The position numbers and the translations under genes are program-made. From positions 45,031,504-45,095,503 of the forward strand of contig JARDVH010000025.1 in NCBI GenBank assembly GCA_030324005.1: 64,000 nt of DNA, in the 5' to 3' direction. The notes under the pieces were generated by a model. The model did no database searches. It had not been told where the DNA came from and worked only from the letters and a program-made list of their open reading frames with translations. The stretch is from Negaprion brevirostris (Eukaryota). Each line of letters opens with the position of its first letter. The first letter of the stretch is position 1. Of this stretch, positions 12,545 to 25,862 are shown in pieces.

Positions 12545-14200
12545 TGTTGGCTCCAAGGTTTTTGGGGCATCACAGCGGAGGGCTTGGTGGAGGAGCTGGA
12601 AAGTAGGAAAAATGTCAGTGGTCCACATGGCACCAGGAGACCTACCAGACATATGCTCAGATGGCACTGAGAGCAAGATAGCAGTTAGGTTAATGCGAGG
12701 GATCAAGCTTTGAGGATCTCGATGTAGTGCTGCAAGAAATTCAATGACCTCGCATGAATAGTCAAGGTCAAGTGAATGAATTTTCAAAGCCCACATTGTA
12801 CCATGTACATCAGTAGCCTCAGACATGCCTCAGTTCACCCCACCCCCCTATCACTCAACTACCAACAGTCTCTATTAATTGGGACTCAAATCTAACATTC
12901 ATAGTTTCACCTCACTCTCACATACTGCAAGCACTGCTGCAAACCGCATCCACATCTCACAGAATGCACACACTGCCAACTGGTAAACTATGTCAGGCAG
13001 ATCACTCGAAAACATTGCACCACATTCACTGACACATTTCCCTTCACTTGTAGGACAAAGTAGCGCACAATCAGAGGCAATGGGAGCAAATCAGAAAGGA
13101 ATAGGCACCTTCCTTAGAGATGTGTGGCTATAATTCAAGCATCTGTTGCTGGGCTGTGGCTGGCAGCATGGCTGAATGACTTGAAGAAGATGATGATATC
13201 CTCGCACGTGATCCTTCTTCTCGCATCCCACTTCCTCCTCATCGCAAAATTATAAAGACTTGAAATTATTCATCTCTTTCTCCCCCACCTCCCCTTCCCA
13301 TTTCAAATTACCACTCAAGAAGTGCAAGGAAATAAAGGAACTGCAAGAAGGCAGTGATAGTAAAGGCAAATCATCATTCAAATTGCTACCAGCAGCTCAG
13401 ATACTGCACATAATTTAGAGCTTTGGCTTAGAGATGAGATCTACACATAGTGAGACACTAGGTATGATTGGGCGACAGCCAGTGCAGGGGCTGGATAGTC
13501 CAATGTTCAGAGGGTGAGAACTCAGTGAGCAATAAATGGAGCAACACGTTGAAAAGCACCTGATGACTATGCATATAGCTTGCTGCATTACCTGCCAGAA
13601 AGTTTCAGTGTTAAACAGGATGGAAGAGTCCACCACCAAACCAGCAAAGTGCTTTGTCCAGAACTTGGAGCCCATTATTCTCAACATGAAAGTAGTCACC
13701 AACTCCATTAGCACGCTTGGGAACCTATCCAAGATGCAGTGTGTGATAATTGATGTCTCCACTCCAATTGCAGCATCAACAATTCCCACTCAGCTTCTGA
13801 CTACTGTAGTGGAAGCTCAGACTGAAGTCATGTAATTTTGCATTGCTCTCTTGCAGGCTCAGACTGCTGCTTTCATGGCTGCAGACACCAGTGTTCAAAG
13901 TGGCTTACATGGTCTTGAAAGTTGCTGAGAATAGCAATGGCTCTGTAAAGTACAAATCTGCTGTCCTCTCTCAAAATAACACTATTTGCGCTCTTGTCCT
14001 TGCCACTCAGCCAGTGCCCTTGCTATCCACCAGCCAATGGGCCAGCCCAGCTCAAAATGCTGCCACTCATGCAGTCATGAGCCAGGCCTTCAAAGCTCAG
14101 GGTTGGTCTGGGTCATCCTCTGGGATCCTCTACCATTTCTTGCTCTGAAATTCAGAGGGCAAGCAAAGGGGCATGTACATAAATGACAGCTGCTACAGAA
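12545..14200 (+). pseudogene. Myb/SANT-like DNA-binding protein relic of a PIF/Harbinger-like transposon
   Basis: APRF at 12550 and M*CCKKFNDLA*IVK|gt at 12722-12768; second exon ttgtag|DKVAHNQRQWEQ at 13054; helical-looking ORF at 13536-13835; several stops and frameshifts. Confidence 0.6.
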
Positions 14201-14361
14201 ATGCCCAAGTATAATTTGTTGATGTTTGTATGCATTGTGGCATAACAGTAAGATGTGTACAATTGTGAGCAGATGGTTCATTAAGGTTTTAGTTGCTGGT
14301 ATTTCAATTTAAATGATTCTTCACGTACATTCCAAACATTAGTGTACTATCTATATTACCT

Positions 14362-15700
14362 CCAGGGACAGGATGTACTCACATCTGGAAGAGAACAGGC
14401 TTATTAGTGATAGGCAGAATGGTTTTGTGAAGAGGTGGTCATGTCTGACAAATTTGATTGGGTTCTTTGAGGAAGTGATAAGAAAAATTGACCAGGGCAG
14501 TGGATGTTGTATACATGGATTTTAGTAAAATCATCAATAAGATTCCTCATGGCAGGCTGATACAGAAGGTGAAGTTATATGGGATCCGAGATGAGTTGGT
14601 AAGATGGATATAAAACTGACTTGGGCATAGAAAGCAGAGAGTAGCAGTGAAAGGATACTTTTCTAACTGGAGGTCTGTGACAAGGGTGTTCCACAAGAAT
14701 CAGTGCTGGGGCCTCTGTTGTTTGTAATATTTATAAATAATTTGGAGGAAGATGTAGGTCATCTGATTGGTAAATTTGCAGATGATACAAAAATTGGGGG
14801 AGTAGCAGATAGTGAGGAGGATTGTCAGAGGATGCGGCAGGATATAAATTGGCTGGAGACCCAGACTGAAAGATGACAGATGGAATTTAACCCGGACAAA
14901 TGTGAGGTGATGCAATTTGTAAGGTCTACTGCAGAAGGAAAGTATACAGTAAATGGTAGAGCCCTTAGAAATATTAGCATTCAGAGCGATCTCAGCATGC
15001 AGGTCCACAGTTCCCTGAAGGTGGCAACTCAAGTGGACAAAGGAGTCAAGAAGGCATATGGCATGCTGGCCTTCATTGGTCAGGACATTGAGTATAGGAA
15101 TTGGAAAATCACGTTGCAGCTGTATAAGACTATGGTTAGGCCGCATTTGGAGTACTGTGTGTAATTCTGGTTGCCACACTACTGGAAGGATGTTGATATA
15201 TTGGAAAGAGTGCAAAAGAGATTTACCAGGATGCTGCCTGGTTTGGAGGATATGGACTATGAAGAAAGATTGTTTTCATTGGAGCGTTGGAAGATGAGGG
15301 TGGATCTAATAGAGGTTTACAAGATTATGACAGGCTTNNNNNNNNNNNNNNNNNNNNNNNNNNNNNNNNNNNNNNNNNNNNNNNNNNNNNNNNNNNNNNN
15401 NNNNNNNNNNNNNNNNNNNNNNNNNNNNNNNNNNNNNCTAATAGAGGTTTACAAGATTATGACAGGCTTGGATAGAGTGGATAGTTGGAGTCTTTTTCCC
15501 AGGGTTGAAGGGTCAATTACTCGGGGGCATAGGTTGAAAGTGAGAGGGGAAAAGTTTAAAAGCGATGTAAGGGACAAGTTTTTCACACAGAGGATGATGA
15601 ATGCCTCGAACGGGCTGCCGAAGAAGGTGATGGAAGCAGATTCTATAACAACGTTCAAGAGGCATCTGAATAGATGCATGAATAGGCAGGGAATAGAGTA
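14362..15700 (+). mobile_element. 5'-truncated CR1/HER1 LINE (RT and C-terminal region), decayed
   Basis: KFADDTKIGG, MEFNPDKCEVM, RPHLEYCV, LERVQKRFTRMLPG and TRGH motifs, with stops. Confidence 0.93.
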
Positions 15701-17013
15701 CCACCTTCCCTTCCTCTCCCCTCCCTCCATTCCTTTCTATCAGCTTAACCTGCTCTGTGTGACCTCAGTTCATCCTCGCAGTCATGTTGTATTTCAAGGG
15801 AAATGCCTACTCAAGCACCATCTCTGGGAGCAACTGTTTTGTGCAGAGGTAATGAAATTTACAAAAACCTCCTCACACCACTCCTTCATGACTTTTGCAA
15901 TCTGAAGCAACTGTGGAAACCCCAACAAAACATTTGTGGAATTGTACCAATAGCCAAAAGAAACCTGCAAGTAGTTGAGTGAGGTTAAGAAACAGCATGA
16001 GCTGGATGGAGCATTGGGCTCCAAATTGGCAGTGTTTGTGTTAAATCAGTATCATTTGCTGATTAATGCCATGAGTTGCTTACTCAGCATGCGTCCGACA
16101 GACATTAGCTAAACTCACACTAACACCGTCACCTATATTGAATAATAGTTGTACCAGACGCCATGTTGGTTCCCGAGTGGCACACCTAATGACCAAACAT
16201 TGGGCAGTACTGAATGTAATTTCAGATCCCAGGCACCTTTTCAGCAAATGCTCGACTGTTTTCCATCTGTATTTCTATTATGTAACTTGAATGTTATTCT
16301 GAAAGTAAGACAAAGCCTTTGTCCATTGATAATAATAGCTTTCTCTGGAGTTCCTGTGGTCAATGAGCTGATAAGATTTCAGGTTTGATCCCTGGTTTGT
16401 GCTGAATTCACTGGTCTCTATTGAAAAATTGATGAAGGGATAATATAATTCACTCGCTCCTTTTACATTGAGGAGTGAAAAATCTCACTCCTGATTGCTA
16501 AATTGTGACCTAGCTGGGCATGTTTACAGTTATCAGTGGTGCTCTTGCAGTGGAATAGCTTGTGGGCACTAGCAACTTATCACAACACTAATAACCACTT
16601 GAGTGATTTATTGAACAGCACCCCAAAAGGAATCAAATCCTTTAGAAGAGGAGTAAATTGCTGGGGGAAATAAGATGGGAAAAATTTGTTCATTAGCATG
16701 TTTCAAAACTACACAAATTACGTTTACTTTGCCCCAGGGACAGACAATACCACTAACTGTGATCTGCACAAGGTTCCTCAGTGACAGCAGTGGTGAATGC
16801 TGTGTGGGGTTTAGTATGTGGTGGCTGTCAGTGCTATCCTGAGCAATCGGTGTGGTCCATGAACAAACTTGCCCCTCTACATGTTCCAGATTTCCCCAAA
16901 AGGCTGAAATTCTAAGGTAATGATGAAAGCTGCTGTATTCTCCTGTACAAGTCGATATGAGAGTGAAATGTATTTACCTGGTTTTCATTCTGCTATTTGT
17001 TTCCCCTCCACAG

Positions 17014-17258
17014 TTAATCCAGCTGATACTCAGTCACCTGACAGTGCCAGATCTTTGTCAGTTGGCACAGACCTGCAAATTGCTGCACCAGCATTGCTAC
17101 GATCCCCTTCAGTATGTCCAGCTCAGTTTACAGCCTTACTGGGCAGGCCTGGATGATACCTCTCTGGAGCACCTACAGTCGCGATGTGCTCTTGTGCAGT
17201 ATTTAAATCTGTCTTGGACTGGGAACAGGGGATCTATCTCCAGTCAAGGCTTCAGCAG
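17014..17258 (+). CDS. FBXL4: FBXL4 internal coding exon (F-box C-terminal part and first LRR), 245 bp
   Basis: Polypyrimidine tract plus cag acceptor at 17011-17013. Translates [81 protein letters not shown](R), closely matching vertebrate FBXL4 as I recall it. AG|gtcagt donor, phase 2. Confidence 0.96.
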
Positions 17259-18389
17259 GTCAGTATTAATGTAATTCCCGAGGAAAGTTAATTTACCGCA
17301 GGCATCAAAGATTGTTGAACATCCAAGTGTGTCATTAGTGATCAGAGACCATAGAGATGGTACTATGGGCTTGGTGAAACAGCCTGTGGTTGTTGAGTTC
17401 ACCTCCTTGATTCAAGACAGCTCATTTAAATTGTATGTGGTGTTCCTCGTGCCTGTCGATGACGCACTGAGAACGGCAAGTCCCAGCAGCTGTTGAAGGG
17501 CGGCTGACGGCTCTGGCAGGATGTCTCTTTGACAGAATACCAGTGTAGGGGGTAAAGATCCCTTAGAAACTTTAGAAGTCAAATAAGTGAAGATGAGGAA
17601 GGAGCTTTGACCCTATTGGAAAGAGAAGACCACCGTGATTTTTTTTTGTAAACTGGCTTTCCCCTACAACATCTGTTCCACATGGGTACTGGGCTTCTGG
17701 ATGATGGTGAAGCTAGATTATAGAGAGTAACCCTGATTAATTAGCTTTGATGCACCCGATGCATGGTTTGTACGCTGGTTTCCAAAGCACTTTACACTGC
17801 TTCAGCAAATGGAAATGTGCAACACTGATCAGAGGATGATAGGTCTCCCTTTTTTCTGTGCCTGACAACACAAGGCTCAGTCAGATGCTCCAAGAACTGA
17901 GACATTTCATGTCAGGCCATCCATGAGTTTATGAAGTACATCCACTGGGTTAAAGCCTGATTATTGGTTTTTGTTATTTTAGGAACATCTCTCCCAGCAA
18001 AACATTTGTTTTACTGTTTTGTTTTGCTTCTGGCTTTACTTTTTTGAAAAGGGTTTGTGAATACCTTTGTTTGAGCACTAAGTATATTTGAAATTGTGAA
18101 GTTTAATTCAGTACCTCTCCATTTTTAAATGTCCCCTTTTCTTTTAGTTTAGGGTTTGAAATCTTTTTTATCTCCCCCACTGCCCCCTCCCCCGCCCCAC
18201 CTCGCTAAACATATTTCTTGTGAGAAAGTGGTCAGGTTGGAAGACGTGCCTGCAGATATTCACTGAAGTTGTTGTCATGCCAGCAGTTTGAAAAGTACAT
18301 AACCAGCAGTCTACCTGAATTTCCATGTGCTGCTGAGAAGGGAATTGTCTGCGAAACCAATATTAATTCCATTCAACAGGACACTGTTA

Positions 18390-18691
18390 GGCGGCACAGT
18401 GACACAGTGATTAGCACTGCTGCTTCACAAAGTCAGGGAGCCAGGTTCGATTCCCAGCTTGGTTCACTGTCTGTGCGGAGTTTGCCCATTTTCCCTGTGT
18501 CTGCATGGATTTCCTCCACAGTCCAAAGATGTGTGGGTTAGGTGGATTGGCCATGCTAAATTGCCCCTAAGTGTCAGGAGGACTAGCTAGGGTAAACACA
18601 TGGGGTTATGGAGACAGGGCCTGCGTGGGATTATGGATGGTGCAGACATGATGGGCTGAATGGCCTCCTTCTGAACTGTAGCATTCTATGA
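18390..18691 (+). mobile_element. HE1 V-SINE, CR1-type tail (type A)
   Basis: GGCGGCAC head, GGTTCGATTCCC B box, and tail GATGGGCTGAATGGCCTCCTTCTG...ATTCTATGA. Confidence 0.9.
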
Positions 18692-19688
18692 ACCTAAGAT
18701 GCTGTGGTCCCAGACTAATCAAAACTGTCTTCAATTTTTTTAATTGCCAGCTCTTCTCTTCCTCAATTCAAAGCACACAAACCATAATTGCAAAGTGTCC
18801 AAGCAATATGCCATCAAACTCACCATTTTCTAACATTGCAGGAATTATTCTAACATTCCAGGGTTCTATGGTTGTAATTAAAGATTTACACATTGCTATT
18901 GAAGAGGAACTGGGGATAAACATTTGACCAAAGCCAACTTCTGACTAACTGCATAGTGCACCTTTTTTCAGTATTTTGCTGTTGTTCAAATGTTTATATT
19001 AGATGTGGCACATTGAGGAGGCCTTGTGAAAATAAAAACTAATTTTTGTTTGATACTTTTTTGTCATCCTACATCATTACTGTAATTTTTTTGGTGTTCT
19101 ATGGTTCTTTTACACTCTGCAGATCATTTTAATTGTTCCTGCCTGTGCTGTCACTGAATGATGGTGACAGAGCCAGCTTTTCTTCGCAGCCACTTGTTTA
19201 TTTTTCATCTAGGTGAAGTGGTAATAAAGTGTATTTTGCCTCCTGTATTATCAGGAAATGACAAAAATGCACAATAGGTCAGTCAGCATCTGAAAGTGAA
19301 GGATGACATAACATTGCTGCTAAGACTGTTCATCATATCGTGACATTTGTTTTTGCACACTTGTTTTATTTCATGTATGAACTGAATTTTCTAATTGACA
19401 AGTTGGATTATTTTTAAAAATAATAAGCAGCAGTACTTGACTCTTTTAATTAAGGTGTCAGTTTACCTATTGGACGAATATATCTGCAAGCAGTGACCCA
19501 TTTTCAGATCTGTTCCATATATTAATTCAGAACTTTGCACCTTTTCACTTCCAGTGAAACATCTGCTGTTTTTCTATAGCTTACTCCTGACGTTGCCTCT
19601 TTATGTGATGTCTGGCGCATACGCTCACAGCTTGACGCCTACTTCTTTGACAGGATTTAACCCTATGATTGCTGTGCTTCCTGTGCAG

Positions 19689-19843
19689 ATTCATGCAAGT
19701 GTGTGGAGTTGAGCTGGTGCGTCTGGAGTTGGCCTGCTGCCACTTCCTGAATGAAACTTGCCTTGAGGTTATTGCTCAGATGTGCCCAAACCTCCAGGAG
19801 CTGAACCTTTCATCCTGTGATAAACTAAACACTCGGGCTTTCT
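19689..19843 (+). CDS. FBXL4: FBXL4 coding exon (LRR), 3' end lost in an assembly gap
   Basis: ctgtgcag acceptor, and the phase matches the previous exon. (R)[51 protein letters not shown], then Ns from 19844. Confidence 0.94.
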
Positions 19844-20769
19844 NNNNNNNNNNNNNNNNNNNNNNNNNNNNNNNNNNNNNNNNNNNNNNNNNNNNNNNNN
19901 NNNNNNNNNNNNNNNNNNNNNNNNNNNNNNNNNNNNNNNNNNNNNNNNNNNNNNNNNNNNNNNNNNNNNNNNNNNNNNNNNNNNNNNNNNNNNNNNNNNN
20001 NNNNNNNNNNNNNNNNNNNNNNNNNNNNNNNNNNNNNNNNNNNNNNNNNNNNNNNNNNNNNNNNNNNNNNNNNNNNNNNNNNNNNNNNNNNNNNNNNNNN
20101 NNNNNNNNNNNNNNNNNNNNNNNNNNNNNNNNNNNNNNNNNNNNNNNNNNNNNNNNNNNNNNNNNNNNNNNNNNNNNNNNNNNNNNNNNNNNNNNNNNNN
20201 NNNNNNNNNNNNNNNNNNNNNNNNNNNNNNNNNNNNNNNNNNNNNNNNNNNNNNNNNNNNNNNNNNNNNNNNNNNNNNNNNNNNNNNNNNNNNNNNNNNN
20301 NNNNNNNNNNNNNNNNNNNNNNNNNNNNNNNNNNNNNNNNNNNNNNNNNNNNNNNNNNNNNNNNNNNNNNNNNNNNNNNNNNNNNNNNNNNNNNNNNNNN
20401 NNNNNNNNNNNNNNNNNNNNNNNNNNNNNNNNNNNNNNNNNNNNNNNNNNNNNNNNNNNNNNNNNNNNNNNNNNNNNNNNNNNNNNNNNNNNNNNNNNNN
20501 NNNNNNNNNNNNNNNNNNNNNNNNNNNNNNNNNNNNNNNNNNNNNNNNNNNNNNNNNNNNNNNNNNNNNNNNNNNNNNNNNNNNNNNNNNNNNNNNNNNN
20601 NNNNNNNNNNNNNNNNNNNNNNNNNNNNNNNNNNNNNNNNNNNNNNNNNNNNNNNNNNNNNNNNNNNNNNNNNNNNNNNNNNNNNNNNNNNNNNNNNNNN
20701 NNNNNNNNNNNNNNNNNNNNNNNNNNNNNNNNNNNNNNNNNNNNNNNNNNNNNNNNNNNNNNNNNNNNN

Positions 20770-20906
20770 TAGGTGCATTGGCCATGCTAAATTCTCCCTC
20801 AGTGTACCCGAACAGGTGCCAGAGTGTGGCGACTAGGGGATTTTCAGTGACTTCACTGCAGTGTCAGTGTAAGCCTATGTGTGACACTAATGAATAAACT
20901 TTAAAA
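20770..20906 (+). mobile_element. V-SINE 3' part, tail type B (5' part in the gap)
   Basis: GGCCATGCTAAATTCTCCCTCAGTGTACCCGAACAGG...GTGACACTAATGAATAAAC. Confidence 0.85.
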
Positions 20907-21521
20907 CGTACCAGACACCTCTCCCCACTTTCAAACACTTTGAGAATAGTATTTTCCTCCTGGTAGCCAGTTTTTAGTCCAGTTTACAACTTTCCTCAGA
21001 ATTCCAAGCTCTTTCATTCTCTCCAGCAGTCTGTGTAGTACTTTCTCAAAAGCTTTCTGACAGCCCATGTACACCGTATCCAGAAATATGAAAATAGATT
21101 GTAAGAATTCTTACAAGTAAAATAAAAGGAGAGGAGCTAAAGTAAATTCTGGTCTCTGAGGGACGTGGTAAATAAAGAAATGCCAGAGACATTGAACAGG
21201 TATTTTGTGTCTGCCTTCACAATAGAATACACAAATTACATGCCAAAAATAGAGGGTAACCAAGGAGCTAAAAGAGTGAGAAACATAAGATAATTGCTAT
21301 CAACAGAGAATAAGTATTAAAGAAACATAGTGACCAAAATCCAACAAATTCCCAGGAACTTTTCTTTCATTCATTCTTAGGATGTGTGTGTGGCTAGCCC
21401 AGCATTTATTGCCCATCGCTAATTGCTTATCGAAGGTGGTGGTGAGGTGCTGCCTTGAATTGCTGTGGTTCATATGGAGTAGATACACTAGAGTGGATGA
21501 TGGCTTGCATCCTAGTGCTTG

Positions 21522-21735
21522 AGGGGTGATGATGGTGCAGTGGTAATATCACATTCTAGTAATCTAAAGGTCCAGGCTAATGCTCTGAGGACATGGGAAC
21601 ATCAAATCCCATCACAGCAGCCAGTGGAATTTGAATTCAGTTAATAAGTCTGAATATAAAAGTAGTCTCAGTGATGGTGATCATAAGACTATCTTCAGTT
21701 GTCATAAAAATCTACCTGGCTCACTAATGCTCCAA
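21522..21735 (+). mobile_element. tRNA-derived SINE fragment, same family as 57700-58037
   Basis: GGTGCAGTGGTAAT A box; GCTAATGCTCTG...TGGAATTTGAATTCA motif shared with the other copy. Confidence 0.65.
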
Positions 21736-21739
21736 CAAG

Positions 21740-22012
21740 GAAACATAGAACAGTACGGCACAGTACAGGCCCTTCAGCCCTCAATGTTGTGCCGAGCTAT
21801 GCCCAATCCCAAGATCAAGCTATCCCCTCCCTATNNNNNNNNNNNNNNNNNNNNNNNNNNNNNNNNNNNNNNNNNNNNNNNNNNNNNNNNNNNNNNNNNN
21901 NNNNNNNNNNNNNNNNNNNNNNNNNNNNNNNNNNNNNNNNNNNNNNNNNNNNNNGGGGCAGGCTCGAAGGGCTAGATGGCCTCCTCCTGCTCCTATTTCT
22001 TATGTTCTTATG
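21740..22012. mobile_element. Two CR1 3' ends in opposite orientation flanking a gap
   Basis: AACATAGAACAGTACGGCACAGTACAGGCCCTTCAGCCC (minus-strand end) and GGCTCGAAGGGCTAGATGGCCTCCTCCTGCTCCTATTTCTTATGTTCTTATG (plus-strand end). Confidence 0.75.
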
Positions 22013-22014
22013 AA

Positions 22015-24450
22015 AGGAAGAGAGAGAAAACAGGGAACTGCAAACTGGTTAACCTGATGTTCATTATTGGGAAAATACGAGAATATACTACAAAAGAAGT
22101 TTTAACATTACACTGATAAAATCAGAGCATGAACAGGCAAAGTCAATATGGTTTTATGAAAGGAAAATTGGGTCTGACAAATTTATTAGATGAGGATATG
22201 ACCTGCAGGGCCAATGAAGGAGAATAGTAGATGTAGTATATTTAGAATTCCTGAAGACATTTAATAAATTGCCACACAGAAGTTTGACACAGAAGATAAA
22301 GGCTCATGGAGTTGGGAGTAACATATTGGCATGGACAGATGATTAGTTAATGGACAAGAAGCAAAGAGGAGGGTTAAACAGGGTATTTTTAAGTTGTGAC
22401 CAGTTGCCATAAGGATTAATGCTAGGGCTTCAGAGGATTAATGCTAGGGCTTCAGTTATTTATGTTCTGTATTAATGATCTGAGACAAAGAAATTGGGAT
22501 GAATGAATCTAGGTTTGCTGATGATGAAAAGCCCGGTGAATGTAAGCTGTGAGGAGAACATAGAGAGGTGACAAAAGTTTGTAGACAGGTCAAGTGTGTG
22601 GACATCAAAGTGACAAATGGAGTATAATGTGGAGAAGTGTAATTGCTAGTACTACTTTGGTATTAAGAATTGTAAACCAGATTCATTTTTTAAAATATGA
22701 AGCTTTTAATGTAGAGTGTTAAGAGAGATGGGATTCGGGGTGGGCTGGCTAGCTGGAAACAGAACAGGCTTGGTTACAGGAGACAGGGACTAGCGGTAGA
22801 AGAGTGTCAGAGTAGAGATCTGTGGTTAGTCGTGTTCCGCAGGGATCAGTCCTGGGATCTTTGTTGTTGGGTAATATATATAAATGATCTGGAGGAAAAT
22901 GTGGATGGTCTAATTATTAAATTTGGGGATCACGCAAAGATTGGCGGGAGTTGCTGATAGTACCAAGGATTGTCAGAGGATGCAACATGATGTAGATAGA
23001 TTGGAGGCTTGGGCACAGAAATGGCAGCTGGGGTTTAATCTGGACAAGTGCAAGGTGATGCATTTTGGAGGATCAAATTTAGGTATGAATTATATTGTAA
23101 ATGGTAAACCCTTAGAAACATTAACATATAGAGGGGTTTGGGCGTGCAGGTCCACACTTCCTCAAAAAGTGGCAACACCAGTGACCAAGGTGATTAAGAA
23201 GGCATATGGCATGCTTCATCAGCCAGAGCATTAAGTTCAAGAGTTGGAAAAATCATGTTGCAGCTATATAAAACCTTGGTTGGGTTGCATTTGGAGTATT
23301 GCATGCAGTTCAGGTCACCACACTACCAAAATGATGNNNNNNNNNNNNNNNNNNNNNNNNNNNNNNNNNNNNNNNNNNNNNNNNNNNNNNNNNNNNNNNN
23401 NNNNNNNNNNNNNNNNNNNNNNNNNNNNNNNNNNNNNNNNNNNNNNNNNNNNNNNNNNNNNNNNNNNNNNNNNNNNNNNNNNNNNNNNNNNNNNNNNNNN
23501 NNNNNNNNNNNNNNNNNNNNNNNNNNNNNNNNNNNNNNNNNNNNNNNNNNNNNNNNNNNTGCGGGGGAATGTTTTTAAGTAAAGAGTGGTGGATGCCTGA
23601 AACTCGCTGCCAGAGAGGGTGCTGGAAGCAGGCACATTAGCAACATTTAAGAGGCATCTGGATGGGTACATGAAGAGGGAGGAAATAGAAGGATACAGAT
23701 CAAGTGAGGGCAAAAGGTTTTTTAATGAATGCATCATGATCAGCACAAACTTGGAGGGCAGAAGGGCCTATTCCTCTGCTGTCCTTTTCTTTGTTCTTTT
23801 TCTTAGCACACACAAGTTAACATTCTAATACAATAAGAAATTGGAACGAAAGTGGAAGGTTGGTCTTTTGCAAGGAGATTGGAATACAAGAATAAAGACA
23901 TCTTGCTACAGTAATACAGGGATTTGATCAGACCACAGTTTTTCTCTTCATCTTTAAGGAAGGATATTTTAATTGGAGGCAGTACAGTGAAGGTTTGCAA
24001 GATTAGTCCCTGGAATGAGAAGCGAAATAAATTGGGACGCCAGAGTTTAGAAGAATTAGAGATAATCGCATTGAAACATACAAGATTATGAAGGGACTTG
24101 ACAAGGCCGACACTGAGATTGTTTCCCTTGCCTGGGGAATTTAGAACAGGGGGGAGGGCACAGTCTGAAGGTAAGGAGTCAATAATTTAGGATTGAGATG
24201 AGGAGAAATTACTTCACCCAAAGGGTGCGAATCTTTGGAATTCTCTATCCCAGTGGGTTGTGGATGCTTGATTGAGTCGTGTTAAATATATTTAAGGTTG
24301 AGATAGATTTATGGTCTCTTAAGTAATCTCGGGATATGAGCACTGGCAGGGAAGTGGTGTTGCAGCCAAGGTTCATCCATAATCAGATTGAATAATGGAT
24401 CAGACTCAAGGGGCTGTGTGGTTTGCTTCTACTCCTTGTTTCTTATGCTC
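22015..24450 (+). mobile_element. Old CR1 with a younger CR1 (~22730-23803) nested inside
   Basis: RT motifs occur twice in series. The inner copy ends in a TTTTCTTTGTTCTTTT tail and the outer copy resumes at ~23810. Confidence 0.8.
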
Positions 24451-25721
24451 TTACAGCCACTGCATTTCCTCCATCTACCAAAGCTGTCACCTCATCAAAG
24501 GACTTTATATGAAGTTTGTCAAGCACTATCTAACTCTCTGAAATCTATGTTGGCTGCTTTTAATTATTTTCTTATGCTGTAGATGTTTCATTATTTTATC
24601 CTTAATTCAACACTCAAGAATTCAAGCATATTTTATGGCGCAGGTGAACTCTGTTCCCCCTCTTCAAATCTGTATTACATTGGCCAGTCACCAATCCTCT
24701 GGCACTTATNNNNNNNNNNNNNNNNNNNNNNNNNNNNNNNNNNNNNNNNNNNNNNNNNNNNNNNNNNNNNNNNNNNNNNNNNNNNNNNNNNNNNNNNNNN
24801 NNNNNNNNNATTATCTTCTCTAAAAAAGATTTGTGAAATATCGGGCCAGATTTTGCTGAGTCGAGGAGACTCATTTCTTGATTAGCAGTGGATAGGACCT
24901 TGATCCAGAAGTGGCTCTCCCCCCTGCTTCCCAAATCCATTGTTTCTTTTAGTGAAATTCTAGCTGTCAACCTCTTCAGTTATAAGGAATTTCAATGTTC
25001 CTATCTTTGTTATCTTCCTGGCTGGGGAATCAACTTATCCATTTCTTGATTATAATGTGGTCTTACAATGAAGTGTGAGATTCCACAAGGATGAGATCGA
25101 AACTCTTTTGTTCTTGTTATCTCTTGTCAATTCTATAAGTTATGTGACCTGTTTAAAAAAAGCATTTAAAGTAGCAAAAAAAATTTGATGTACGCACTTG
25201 ACATTCAATTGCATTACCTCCGTCAACATCTCGGGGCTCCCATTTCTGGAAACTGAATTGGACCAACCATGTAATTGCTAGAGCTGCACGAACATGCCAG
25301 AGATCAGAAATCTTGCAGTAAGTAACTCACCTACCTTCCCAAAGCCTGGCCAACAATGCTCACACTTTGGAAAAAAAATTCAAAAGTCAACTGTTGGAAG
25401 ATATTGTACTAACAATCAGCCTTTTGCTGCTGAAACAGATTTGGGGGAAGGTATTCACAGGAGAGTGAAAATGTTTCAGAGCCAGCAGAATGGTGTCAAA
25501 GCGTATCGGCTAATATGTTAATGAGGAAGATTTTTGCAGAATCACCTGAGTCCCATGCTGCTTCTGCCTGGGTCGTCACACTTAAGTGCATTTGATGTTT
25601 CTGTTGTATTGGTGTTGTAAAGAAATTGTTTACAATTGAGTAACTTGCTTACACCACCTCAGATAACGTTAAGACTCATTTGCACATTGTGGACTTTGGG
25701 TAGATTGCTTCCTCCAGTTCA

Positions 25722-25862
25722 GAAGCAAAATACTGCAGATGCTGGAAATTTGTAGCAGCTGGCAACACTCGTGGAGAGAGAAACAGGGTTAATAATTAGG
25801 AGAAGTCCTTTCTTTCGAATTCTCTCTGCTGCCGGATATACTGGGCATTTCCAGCATTTTCC
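25722..25862. repeat. Short palindromic Penelope-like repeat
   Basis: GCAAAATACTGCAGATGCTGGAAAT ... ATTTCCAGCATTTT inverted ends; related copies at ~11300-11430, 46063-46232, 61560-61630 and 62445-62510. Confidence 0.6.

Noticed and set aside
15306-15469. 32-bp direct repeat on both sides of a 100-N gap
   Set aside because: The identical sequence abuts both gap edges within a continuous CR1 frame, which indicates an unmerged contig overlap and not a biological duplication.
22412-22455. 22-bp perfect tandem duplication AGGATTAATGCTAGGGCTTCAG
   Set aside because: Local slippage or repair duplication in a dead CR1, with no sign of function.
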